Shown: in pieces, positions 39,794-49,336 of the stretch
Layout: the number at the start of each line of letters is the position of its first letter
Numbering within the stretch: the stretch's first letter is position 1
From: a bacterium
GTDB taxonomy: Bacteria > Auribacterota > JABMQX01
Direction: 5' to 3'
NCBI GenBank assembly: GCA_030691545.1
Contig: JAUYEE010000291.1
Coordinates: 147 to 64,146, forward strand
DNA: 64,000 nucleotides
Position numbers and translations under genes: made by a program
Notes under the pieces: generated by a model
The model's input: only the letters and a program-made list of their open reading frames with translations
Database searches by the model: none
What the model was told of the DNA's origin: nothing

Positions 39794-41949
39794 ATGGGGA
39801 AGATACCTGTTGCTATCTGGCTCGCACTCCTTACCAGCATTCCAATTCTCCCTGCCGCCGAGGAATCTTTGCGAATCGAATGGATTCTCGGAGAGGTCGG
39901 ACCCGAGTTGTGGACGATCACCCCGTCAAGTCCCACGGTCGAGGATGTCATTCATTTCAGCGGCCCGACCGGGGTCCATAGCAACTCCTGCTACGCCGAA
40001 GTGTTCGCCGGAGGCTCCCCGGCACTCTCGATCGCCCCGGCCAAAAACACCGTTGCGCTCTGGTTTCAGCCGCCGCCTCCCGAGGGGTGCTACGACATCT
40101 ACTACCCGGTCTGCGGGCTGGAGGGAGAGTTTGGCCCGCTGAGCGAAGGAGATTGGTTGTTCTTCTGCGACAACCGTATCGCCCACTTCTCCATCCCGTT
40201 CCACGTGAGCGCCATTCCAACTTACGTCCTCAATGTCAAGGTCGTCGGCGACGGTTCCGTGTCTCTGGACCCGTGGCCTCCCTACCGAACGGGCGACAAA
40301 GTCACCTTGCTGGCGGAGCCGCATTCGGGCTGGAGTTTCTTAAAATGGAGCGGCGACGTGGCGCCGGAAAGCGAGACCGATAACCCTCTCACGCTGACCG
40401 TGGATGGCGATAGGGCGGTCACCGCAATTTTCTCTCGCCTTCCTCGTCCGCTTTCCGTGCCTCAGGATTACTCGACGATTCAAGCGGCGATAGACGCCGC
40501 CCCGGAAGGCGACACAATCGCCGTTTCGCCGGGGACCCACGTCGAGAACATCAGTTTTGGCGGCAAAAACGTCGTCCTGTGCTCGACTGATCCGACGAAT
40601 CCCGAAGTCGTGGCAGCCACAACCATTGATGGCAACCAGGCTGGGTCCGTTGTCACCTTTGCAGGCACAGAAAACGAGAGTTGCGTCCTCACAGGTTTCA
40701 CTATCCGCAACGGCAAGGCCCGTCACGGCGCCGGAATTTGCGGTGGAACGTGGGACCTGCATGCTCACGCGACGATTCGCGGCAACGTCATAGCATCAAA
40801 CTGGGCAGGGGGAGATGAATGGCCTCACGGCGCCGGCGGCGGGCTGGTTTACTGCGACGGCTTGATAGAAAACAACCTTGTCACCGCGAACCGCGCAAGC
40901 AGCTCCCCGCGCTCCTCACAGCCAACCGGCGGAGGGGGACTCCATGCGTGCAACGGCGAAATCAGGGATAACATCATCTCCAACAACCGCTCGGAGGCTT
41001 TCGGGGAAGGCGGCGGGCTCTGTACATGCACCGGCGTCATTCACGACAACGTCATCACGGGTAACGCGGCAAACCATGGGGGCGGCCTTTACGGTTGTGA
41101 CGGTATTGTATCCAACAACCAGATCATCGGGAACACAGCGCTGCGGGGGGGGGCCTGTTTGAGTGCGAGGGCACGATTCGGGGCAACACGATAATCGGGA
41201 ACTTGGCGACCTATGATGGCGGGGCGATATGCTTTTTCCATCTCGTCGCGCAGGATACGTCGCGCATGAGATTCGCGGAAGGTGAGGGCGCGGCGCTTGC
41301 GCCGGCAGCGAGCATCGAGAACTGCACAATCGTCGGTAATTCCGCCGGTCGGTTCGGCGGTGGCGTGGCTTATTGTTACTATCCGATGTACAACTGCATC
41401 ATCTGGGGAAACAGCTCCCCGGATGGCGCGCAGCTTTTTAGCTCGAGCGCCCCAACATATTCGTGCATTCAGGACTGGACCGAAGGCGGCGAGGGGAATA
41501 TCTCCGACGATCCCCGGTTTGTGGACCCCGACGGCCCGGACAACGACCCTGAGGCTTACGCGGACAACGACTATCGCCTTTCACCCGATTCCCCGTGCAT
41601 TGACGCCGGCTTCAACGATCCGCAGCTTCCCGAGACGGACATTGCCGGGATGCCGAGGGTTCTGTTCGGCGGAAAGAGCACTACGGCGGACATGGGAGCC
41701 TACGAATACTATGTCAACAAAGTGGAGGCGTCTCCGACCGCCGACCAAATCATCCTGACGTGGAGTTCCGTTGCCAAGAAGATGTATTCGGTCCTCTTTT
41801 CCGACGACCTGATCGCCTGGCGTCCCGCTGCCGACGGCCTGTACTCCGCTGGCAACCAGACGACCTCCTGGACCGACGACGGCACTCTCACCGGCGTCCC
41901 GCCACAGCTTGTTCCCCACCGCTTCTACCGAATCCTCCACACTCAGTGA
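39794..41949 (+). CDS. Secreted right-handed parallel beta-helix repeat protein (adhesin/pectate-lyase-like fold), interrupted by a frameshift at a G9 tract (ORFs 39785..41194 and 41203..41949)
   Basis: Signal peptide is present. There are many NxxIxGN/GGG beta-helix coils. The frame changes from 2 to 1 exactly at GGGGGGGGG (41145-41153). Reading through restores ...IIGNTA-GGGLFECEGTIRGNTIIGN.... This is homologous to the uninterrupted paralog at 54440..55987. Confidence 0.6.
41145..41153 (+). repeat. G9 homopolymer at the frameshift site
   Basis: Nine consecutive G were read directly from the sequence. The frame switch occurs here. Confidence 0.9.
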
Positions 41950-42104
41950 GTAGGGCGATGTCCCGTGCTGTCAGAATGTCCTCGGCTCCGTGACCAGATC
42001 AAAAAACCGGAGAAGGTCGAAGTCGCTTACGGTTAGCCTGCCCGGGAGCGTTGCATAACGGGCACGTCTCGGGGGGAGTTCCGCGCGCGACTTGGCGCCC
42101 ATTC

Positions 42105-43058
42105 TCATACGTCGCACAAGGCGACGGCTTGCGTCAGACCTTCGAGAGGCTCTCGCGTCGGAATGAATTCGTGCCCGACGTAGCCCTTGTAGCCGATGCC
42201 CACAAGAGCGCCCATGACCGCGGAGAAGTTAATCTCCTGATTCTGATCGAGCTCGCCTCTGCCCGGATTGCCCGCGACGTGAACGTGCCCGATATACTCG
42301 CCGCAGTCCTTGACTCGCCGGATCAAGTCGCCGTCCATAATCTGAACGTGGTAAACGTCGAAGAGGAGTTTCATGTTCGGCGAGCCGACCTTCTTGATGA
42401 TGCCCATGCAGTAATCCACATGGTCGCCCTGGTAACCGGGATGGCCCTTCATGGGGTGCGTGGCGTCGCGCGTATTGAGCTGCTCGAGACAGAGATTGAC
42501 TTTCTTCTTCTCGGCGAAGCCAACGATTTTCTTGTATCCCTCAATGCAGTTCTTCGCACCCTGTTCGGGGTCCACTTTGCTCCCTTTTTCCTCGCCAGAG
42601 GTGTCGCCATAGCCGGTGAACGTGATAACGTTGCCGAAGCCCGCCACGGAGGCGGCGTCAATTGCTTTCTCGAGTTCGCTGAGACACTCGTCCCAGTGGA
42701 GCGGATTGTTCGTTCCCCGCACGAACGAGTGCGAAGAGACGATGGCGCAGGTCAATCCGTATTCCTTGAGTGTGCGCCAGCTCTCGGGGGGTACCAGCTC
42801 GATGCTCTTGCAACCGAGTCTCTTCGCGACCTGACAGAATTGCTCCATGTTCCAGTGCGGCTCGAAGCACCAGTGCGCAATGGACTGATTGATTCGGCTG
42901 CGCCTCGCCACGGGCTGTTGTTCCTTTTCCTCCGCGGCGTAGGCGTATCTGCCTCGCGGGACGAGCGTCATTGCCGCGGCCCCTGCCATGCTCGCAAACA
43001 TCTCACGCCGGCTAACCCGACGCCCTCTGGGAGAAATCCGTTTGTTCTGGACGTTCAT
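42105..43058 (-). CDS. Tat-exported sugar phosphate isomerase/epimerase (xylose isomerase-like TIM barrel), paralog class of 12732..13697
   Basis: The Tat signal is MNVQNKRISPRGRRVSRREMFASMAGAAAM. TIM-barrel motifs are present. The plus-strand ORF 42051..43646 is its shadow. Confidence 0.7.
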   Translation of the reverse strand: MNVQNKRISPRGRRVSRREMFASMAGAAAMTLVPRGRYAYAAEEKEQQPVARRSRINQSIAHWCFEPHWNMEQFCQVAKRLGCKSIELVPPESWRTLKEYGLTCAIVSSHSFVRGTNNPLHWDECLSELEKAIDAASVAGFGNVITFTGYGDTSGEEKGSKVDPEQGAKNCIEGYKKIVGFAEKKKVNLCLEQLNTRDATHPMKGHPGYQGDHVDYCMGIIKKVGSPNMKLLFDVYHVQIMDGDLIRRVKDCGEYIGHVHVAGNPGRGELDQNQEINFSAVMGALVGIGYKGYVGHEFIPTREPLEGLTQAVALCDV

Positions 43059-43479
43059 GTTTGGTCTCCTGGGCTTGAACTTGCCTTTCCTTGTCCGAGT
43101 GGGACGCTGGTGCGGCAAACCTCTCGGTGCCGCGCCGGCGGCGCGGCAAATCGCCCCCTGCGGCGAGACTATTGGCTCGCTAAGAGGCTACTGCCTGCCC
43201 GAGGCGGTTCATGCCTGATCTCCGCGCATCGTTTTGACATATCATTTCACATGTTGGCGGAAAGCTCAAGCTCTATTGCCCTCATCGTACGGAACGCCGG
43301 GTGTGGCTCCGCTTCAGTGGCACTGGCCGGCCGCCCGTCACCGTCGGCAATGGCCGTGCTGCTTGGATTGACCCTCTATGACGCCCTTACCCTGGCCGTT
43401 CGGGCGGACGCCGTCCAGAAGCGCGCACAGTCCGGTGAGCCGGTTCCGACGCATGTGCGCGAACGCGGGCAGGCAGGGC

Positions 43480-43700
43480 TTTTGGAGGTTGGGCGGGACG
43501 GCATTCCCAGGGCGTTGCCCTGGGCTAAGGTGTTTCGCCCCGTTGGGGCTTGGCATCTTCTCTTGGACGGAGCCCTGAAAGGGCGCCATATTATAGCCCA
43601 GAGCAACGCCCTGGGTCCCGGCCAAATCGAATCATCTAAGCCCTGAAGGGGCGCAATAAGCCATCCCACTATAATAGAGCCACATCCGAATCCCCCTCGA
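43480..43700. repeat. Intergenic modular repeat, copy 3 (upstream of LTD/CotH giant gene)
   Basis: The unit GGCGTTGCCCTGGGCTAAGGTGTTTCGCCCCGTTGGGGCTTGG (43509-43553) is followed by its own inverted copy GCCCTGAAAGGGCGCCATATTATAGCCCAGAGCAACGCCCTGG (43565-43610). Then comes GAAGGGGCGCAATAAGCC...ACTATAATAGAGCCACA (43636-43682), which matches 18451-18495. Confidence 0.7.
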
Positions 43701-43959
43701 CTTCGCCTCAATTCCGTGGTAAGATGAAGAATAGCATTGCCTGCCCGTTGAGGTCGAAGAGCAGAGGGCCCCCTTACGGTGGCCTGGCCCCCAACGCAGC
43801 TTCGGGCGACCCAGCGGCCAGGGAGATGCCTTCCCGCTGGGCCGGTGTCAGAACGGAAAGTGCCGGCCTTTGTCTTTCGGCTCTCGCTCTTCAAAGGAGC
43901 GAGGGCACGGCACATACGGTTTCCTCGAACAACTCTTCAAAAAAGAAAGTCGAGACGAG

Positions 43960-46900
43960 ATGAGACAGTTTCGAGCGAGCGGTTTGTTGCTTTCTCTCGC
44001 GATTCTCGCATTCTGTTTATCAGACGCGTCAGCGGCAGTGGTGATCAATGAAATCATGTACAACCCGGATGCCCTTCAGGGGACGGACAATGACTACGAA
44101 TGGGTCGAGCTTTACAACACCGGCCCCTCGAATGTGAACTTGAGCGGGTGGAAACTGTGGGACACCAATCCAGCAAATGACCCCTTCATCGTCCCGAATA
44201 ATACCTATCTTGATGCAGGGGAGTATCTTGTCATTTGCAGCAACCTCGGCTTCATCTATTTCACCTACCACATCACCAACGCGATCGGGAACTTCGGCGA
44301 CAAATTCGGCCTGGGCAACGGCGACGATACCGTGGTTCTCCTCAACGCCTCCGGAAGTGAGATAGACCGAGTGATGTACAACGACGCCTATCCCTGGCCC
44401 TTTCAGCCGGACGGCGGGGGTCCCTCCCTCGAACGCATCAATCCTCTCGGTCCGAGCAATGACCCGCACAACTGGGCCCCGAGCGTTCCCGTGACCGACT
44501 ATGGCACACCGGGCCGCCAGAATTCGCTCTTCTCGGACGGCACGACGTTCCCCGTAGTGATCACCGAGATACACTACCACCCGGCGTCCGCCAGCGAGGA
44601 AGATGAATACGTCGAGCTGTACAACACATCCGCTTCTCCGGTAGCTCTCGGCGGGTGGGAATTCACAAACGGACTGTCGTTCACCTTTGCTTCCGGCACG
44701 ACGCTCGGTCCCTTCGAGTACCTCGCCGTGTGCAAAAACAAGGAACGAGCCCACACGATTTTCGGGATCGAGAACGTTGTCGGGGATTTTGAGCTGGACT
44801 CTTCGCTGAGTAACGGCGGCGAGACCATTGTGCTGAGGGATAACACCGGACGCGTGATGAATTTCGTTCCTTTCACCGATGAAGCGTACTGGCCGGTCGC
44901 AGCAGACGGCTACGGGCCTTCCCTGGAATGCATCAATCCGGCGATGCCCAATCACGACCCCGCCAACTGGCTTGCGGGGCAGGTCACGCGGAAATGGGTT
45001 CACTTCGAGACAATCCCCACTTTCCCGACCGGGGAGGTTCTCTATTTCTACCTGAATGCGGCAGGGGAAGCGCTGTTGGATGACGTTGCGCTTTTGCCCG
45101 AAGGGGGCGGAGAAAACCTTATCGCGAACGGGGGCTTCGAGACGGGCGACGCAGGATGGGAGCGGCTCGGAAACCATTCCACTTCTGCGCGGGTGCAGAC
45201 CGACGCTCATTCCGGAGCGGCCGCAATGAAAATCGTCGCCACAGGCGATGGCGGGGGCGGGGACTGGCGGAACTATGTCGGGCTTCGGCTTGACGGGCTT
45301 TCGCCAGGCACACGTTACGTGCTTTCTTTCTGGGCGAAGCCTCTTAGTGGCGAGGCGATACTGGTGGCAAGGATCGCGAACGGTCGCAGCACGGAGGGTG
45401 TTTACATTGCCGCGGACCTCGCCGATGGTGGACTCGTCTCCTCCCCGGGGAGGCAGAACGTAGCCTATTCCCAGAACACTCCGCCCTTCATTTATCACGT
45501 TCGCCACACTTTGTACGCACCGGACCCAGGAAGTCCTTCTCTCCTCGCCGCAAAGGTAACCGCCCGCGTCGTGGACCTCCGCCCCGACGGCAAGCTTTCT
45601 TCCGAATCCATCTCGTCGGTGACAGTCGAATATCAGGTTGATGATGTCTCGTCCTCGGCCGAGATGTACGACGACGGAGCCCACGACGACGGCCTTGCCG
45701 GGGATGGCGAGTTCGGTGCGGAGATTCCCGTCCAGCCGTGCTTCACGATAGTGCGATACCGGATCGTGGCGTGGGACAGCCAGGGCGCGATGAGCGTCTC
45801 TCCCGGCGCCGCCGACATGAACTCCACCCACGCTTATTTTCCCGTTACCGCCGCTTGTTACAGCCCTCCGATTGTCCCGGCGATTCCCGTTTACACGCTC
45901 TTAGTGAGCGAAGAGAACCTCTGCAAGCTGGAGGAACTGGGTTCCCGGGACGATTACGTGCCCGGGACCTTCATTCTTGACGGATACGTCTATGAGAACG
46001 TGGGCGTGCGGTGGTACGGGACATTTTCCGAACGCATCGCCACGAAGAAGAAGAGCTGGAGGATCAAGTTCAATGCATGGGAGAGACTGAACGGCCGTGA
46101 TTCCCTCATTCTGCTGGGCGGGGACAATCCCGATGTGAGCCTTCGCGGAGCCGTGGGGCTGCGGGAGACTCTCACCCAGAGAGTCTTCCGTTTCGGGGGG
46201 TGCGCGTACAGCGAGACCCAGCACGTTCGCCTCGAGTTGAACGGGTCCTACTACGGCCTGATGCTCCAGGTCGAGCGACCCGATGAAGATTACCTCGAGC
46301 GAAACAATCGCGACAGAGGGGGCGACCTCTTCCAGGCGAGAAGTCTTCCCGGTCAGCCTCCCAGCAACATGAGCGTCCTCTCCGGCTACGATGATTACGC
46401 ATTCGCCTATGACAGAAAGACCAACCGGCTTCAGCCTTACGACGGATTGGTCTCCTTGATCGAAGGAGTACAGGCTCTGGACGGCGCCCCCGAAACAGAA
46501 GTTGAACAGTTCTTCAACGCGAATCTGGACGTGCAGCGGTACGCCAGCTATTTGGCGGGCGTGGCGCTCACGCAGAACTGGGTGAGTCCCTCGCGCGACT
46601 ACTATTTGTTTTATGGCAAGAACCCTCCCACCGGCGAGGATTACCTCTGGGAAGTCACCCCGTGGGGAGGGGAGCGCGACTGGGGACGACCGAGCCTGCC
46701 GGTTCTGAACGGCATCGTCGGGGAGAACGCATACTCGGTTCCCGACACGATGCGCACTCGTTTTCTGAACACGCCTGAGCTTCTGAACACGTTCGCGGAT
46801 CGCCTTCGGTTTCTCCTCGATACCACATGGACAGAAGCGCACCTCTTCTCCATTCTGGACGTCATTCAGGCGCGAATCGGGGCCTCGGCGGAATACGACC

Positions 46901-48570
46901 GGACTCGTTGGTGGCCCCGCCTGGGCGGGGTTTCCTTCGCTTCCCATATCGCGGCTCTGAAGGCGAACCTCGTTGCCCGGCGGGAGTTCTTGTACCGCTG
47001 GCTCGACGGCATCGAAGGACCGGCGCAGCCGGTGAACGTTTCTCCGCCGCAGGGCAGTCCCGCCAGAGGCGGGATCACATGGCCGGTGACCCTCGTTGCG
47101 AGCGAGTTCTCCAGTGGCACGGGCGGAGGTGGCACGGGCTTCCAGCCCGTGAATCATGGGCAAGATGCCCATGCCACAACCAGCAGTATCCATGAGGCGA
47201 GCCAGTGGCAACTTCGCGAGGACGATGGCGTTTACGACCCGCCTCTGTGGGACTCCGGCGAGGAATTCCTGAACAAGACCTCCATTGCGGTCGGTGAACC
47301 CCCGGGGCCGACGGAAGGGCGCTTTTTCTGGCGAGTCCGATACAAGGACGACCAGGGCCGCTGGAGCCTCTGGTCGGATGAAACGTTTTTTGTGGCCGAA
47401 CAGGATACCACGCCTCCGGGGATCGTCGCAGTGCAGCTCTCTCCGGAGGCGGATGATGTGCTCCAGGTGATTTTCGGCGAGCCTGTGGAATCCAGCTCCG
47501 CCGAGACGACCTCGAACTATCGAATAAACGGCGTGGACCTGCCTCTGACGGCGTCTCTTTCGGCAGACGGCTTGGTCGTGACGCTGACCCCGCGTGGCGG
47601 GGGTTCGTCGCTAAACTGGCTCAGCGTCAGCAACATCTCCGATAGGGCGCCTTCGCCCAACGTCATTCCGCCCGACACCCGGGCAGCTATCGAGCACCCT
47701 TCCGCCGAGGAAACGAAAATCAACTTCCAGCCGAGTGGAGAGCCAATCCCCGCCGGATACTTCAAGGATTCCGGCGAAACCTTCAGCGTGGAGAGAGGCT
47801 ATGGCTGGGCAAGCGACATTTCAGACCTCGCCGCGGTGAGAAAGCTTGTCGCCGACCCGCGACTCGATACGCTCGTCCAGTTTGGCGGAGAGGGGTCTTC
47901 TTGGGAGCTAACGCTTCCTTCCCCGGCAAGATACAGGATCACCGTGTCGCTCGGGGATGCTGCCTCGGAATCCGCCTACGACCTCTCCGTCGAAGGCGCA
48001 TGGTCTGTGGCTGGGATGTACCTGCCCGCCGGGCAGTTCCACGTGCTGACAGAAGAGGTGGACCTCTCCGACGGCCTCCTCACCCTCTACGGCGGGGACA
48101 CCTACAAAGGCACCCGCATCAACTATCTCCATGTTCTCCCGATTCACCTTGACGCGGATGCCGATTTGATTGATGACGTTTGGGAGACGACGTATTTTGG
48201 CTCCGTGGAGGCATGCGATCCGGATGCGGACACTGACGGCGACGGCCAGTCCAACTACGCCGAATATCTTGCCGGGACAAATCCGCTGGTATTCTTGTTC
48301 AAGGTGAATCGCGTAACTCGCAACATCTCCAATCCCGATTGGCTGGACGTGACCTGGACGTATTCTCCCCTCAGCGAGGGCTATGTCGTCGAGTGGAGCG
48401 ACAATCCCACATCGTGGAACACCTTTACGCCCGCTCCCGCCGACCTTGTCGTTGACCCGGGCAAGGGAACCGTGGTGTGGACCGACAAGGGAACGGCGCC
48501 GGGTATGGGTGGGCTTCCTCCCGGACAAGTCAACAAGCGATTCTACAGGGTCAAAACCGTTCAACCCTGA
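43960..48570 (+). CDS. Giant secreted protein: two lamin-tail domains (LTD) + CotH kinase-like domain + beta-rich repeats + Ca-binding D-x-D-x-D region + conserved C-terminal RFYRV module
   Basis: Signal peptide (LSLAILAFCLSDASA) precedes an LTD (VVINEIMYNP...YEWVELYN...NLSGWKLWD) and a second LTD (VVITEIHYHP...EYVELYN...LGGWEF). The CotH-like region is YVPGTFILDGYVYENVGVRWYGTFS...KKSWRIKFN. DADADLIDD...DPDADTDGDGQSNYAEY is also present. Start is ATG 43960. Confidence 0.75.
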   Translation: MRQFRASGLLLSLAILAFCLSDASAAVVINEIMYNPDALQGTDNDYEWVELYNTGPSNVNLSGWKLWDTNPANDPFIVPNNTYLDAGEYLVICSNLGFIYFTYHITNAIGNFGDKFGLGNGDDTVVLLNASGSEIDRVMYNDAYPWPFQPDGGGPSLERINPLGPSNDPHNWAPSVPVTDYGTPGRQNSLFSDGTTFPVVITEIHYHPASASEEDEYVELYNTSASPVALGGWEFTNGLSFTFASGTTLGPFEYLAVCKNKERAHTIFGIENVVGDFELDSSLSNGGETIVLRDNTGRVMNFVPFTDEAYWPVAADGYGPSLECINPAMPNHDPANWLAGQVTRKWVHFETIPTFPTGEVLYFYLNAAGEALLDDVALLPEGGGENLIANGGFETGDAGWERLGNHSTSARVQTDAHSGAAAMKIVATGDGGGGDWRNYVGLRLDGLSPGTRYVLSFWAKPLSGEAILVARIANGRSTEGVYIAADLADGGLVSSPGRQNVAYSQNTPPFIYHVRHTLYAPDPGSPSLLAAKVTARVVDLRPDGKLSSESISSVTVEYQVDDVSSSAEMYDDGAHDDGLAGDGEFGAEIPVQPCFTIVRYRIVAWDSQGAMSVSPGAADMNSTHAYFPVTAACYSPPIVPAIPVYTLLVSEENLCKLEELGSRDDYVPGTFILDGYVYENVGVRWYGTFSERIATKKKSWRIKFNAWERLNGRDSLILLGGDNPDVSLRGAVGLRETLTQRVFRFGGCAYSETQHVRLELNGSYYGLMLQVERPDEDYLERNNRDRGGDLFQARSLPGQPPSNMSVLSGYDDYAFAYDRKTNRLQPYDGLVSLIEGVQALDGAPETEVEQFFNANLDVQRYASYLAGVALTQNWVSPSRDYYLFYGKNPPTGEDYLWEVTPWGGERDWGRPSLPVLNGIVGENAYSVPDTMRTRFLNTPELLNTFADRLRFLLDTTWTEAHLFSILDVIQARIGASAEYDRTRWWPRLGGVSFASHIAALKANLVARREFLYRWLDGIEGPAQPVNVSPPQGSPARGGITWPVTLVASEFSSGTGGGGTGFQPVNHGQDAHATTSSIHEASQWQLREDDGVYDPPLWDSGEEFLNKTSIAVGEPPGPTEGRFFWRVRYKDDQGRWSLWSDETFFVAEQDTTPPGIVAVQLSPEADDVLQVIFGEPVESSSAETTSNYRINGVDLPLTASLSADGLVVTLTPRGGGSSLNWLSVSNISDRAPSPNVIPPDTRAAIEHPSAEETKINFQPSGEPIPAGYFKDSGETFSVERGYGWASDISDLAAVRKLVADPRLDTLVQFGGEGSSWELTLPSPARYRITVSLGDAASESAYDLSVEGAWSVAGMYLPAGQFHVLTEEVDLSDGLLTLYGGDTYKGTRINYLHVLPIHLDADADLIDDVWETTYFGSVEACDPDADTDGDGQSNYAEYLAGTNPLVFLFKVNRVTRNISNPDWLDVTWTYSPLSEGYVVEWSDNPTSWNTFTPAPADLVVDPGKGTVVWTDKGTAPGMGGLPPGQVNKRFYRVKTVQP

Positions 48571-48605
48571 CCCCTGACCCCCAACCCCTAACCCCTGCCC
48601 GCCCC
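48571..48605 (-). other. G-quadruplex-forming motif GGGG-C-GGG-CA-GGGG-TTA-GGGG-TT-GGGGG-TCA-GGGG on minus strand
   Basis: It was read directly from the sequence. It spans the 17-nt gap between convergent genes and the last 6 codons of the flavodoxin gene. Confidence 0.6.
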
Positions 48606-49082
48606 GGCAGCGAGTCTATTGGCAAGCTGTACGGTTCTTCTGCCGAGCTCGCGGCACTGTTTTTTGACTCGCTCGTCCGGGGCTCCGATAGACACGGGCC
48701 CGTAGTGGTCGCCGGCGGGATTCCCCTGGATGACCATTCCATGAATCAGCATCGCGTTGAGCATGTCGAGGATGGTGGTCTCGTTTCCGCCGCCGATGTT
48801 TGCCGAGGACGCGAACGCAGCCCCGACCTTTCCATCCAACTTCCCATGGAACTCGACGCTCTCGTCGAGAAGATTTTTCATCTCCGCGGCCATGGAACCG
48901 TAGTACACGGGCGAACCGAGGATGATGGCCTCATAGTCGAGGAGTTCCTCCGCATTGGCGTTCTCCACCTCTTTGAGTGTGACGTTGCCTCCGGCGGCTT
49001 TGGCGCCGTCTGCGACGAACTCGGCCATTCGGCGGGTATTCCCCGTCCGGGAGTAATACAGGACCAGAACCTTGCTCGCCAT
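48588..49082 (-). CDS. Flavodoxin-like fold NAD(P)H-dependent FMN reductase/WrbA-like protein
   Basis: It starts MASKVLVLYYSRTGNTRRMAEFVADGA...AIILGSPVYYGSMAAEMKNLLD, the typical flavodoxin-like FMN-binding N-terminus. The internal ATG is preferred over the ORF-track start. Confidence 0.7.
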   Translation of the reverse strand: MASKVLVLYYSRTGNTRRMAEFVADGAKAAGGNVTLKEVENANAEELLDYEAIILGSPVYYGSMAAEMKNLLDESVEFHGKLDGKVGAAFASSANIGGGNETTILDMLNAMLIHGMVIQGNPAGDHYGPVSIGAPDERVKKQCRELGRRTVQLANRLAAGAGRG

Positions 49083-49336
49083 AATCTCCCTCCTCTCTAT
49101 GAATATCGGTTGAAGGTCTCTGAAGCGACGCGATCCGTCTTTGGATACGATTATCCGCAACGGCGATTGACTTGGCAAGTGCGGGACGCTATAATCCTCA
49201 AAAATTGGTCCGAGGGACCTGTGGTGTCCGGTCCGCGTTGAAGCGGCGGAAAGGGCCCGGCGTTCCTCTGACCCGCGGTTACACCAGGGGAGGCCGCCTA
49301 CCGCATTTTTTCATCCCCAATGGAGAACAAATCGCA

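Noticed and set aside
42051-43646. 531-aa plus-strand ORF
   Set aside because: It is antisense to the Tat-signal TIM-barrel gene 42105..43058, which has clear family motifs. The plus translation has no motifs and runs into the repeat element.
44029-47211. 600-aa and 436-aa minus-strand ORFs
   Set aside because: They are antisense to the LTD/CotH giant gene.
48571-48605. Telomere-like CCCTAA/TTAGGG repeats
   Set aside because: There are only ~4 imperfect units inside a bacterial gene junction. It is better explained as a G-quadruplex-capable motif than as telomeric DNA.
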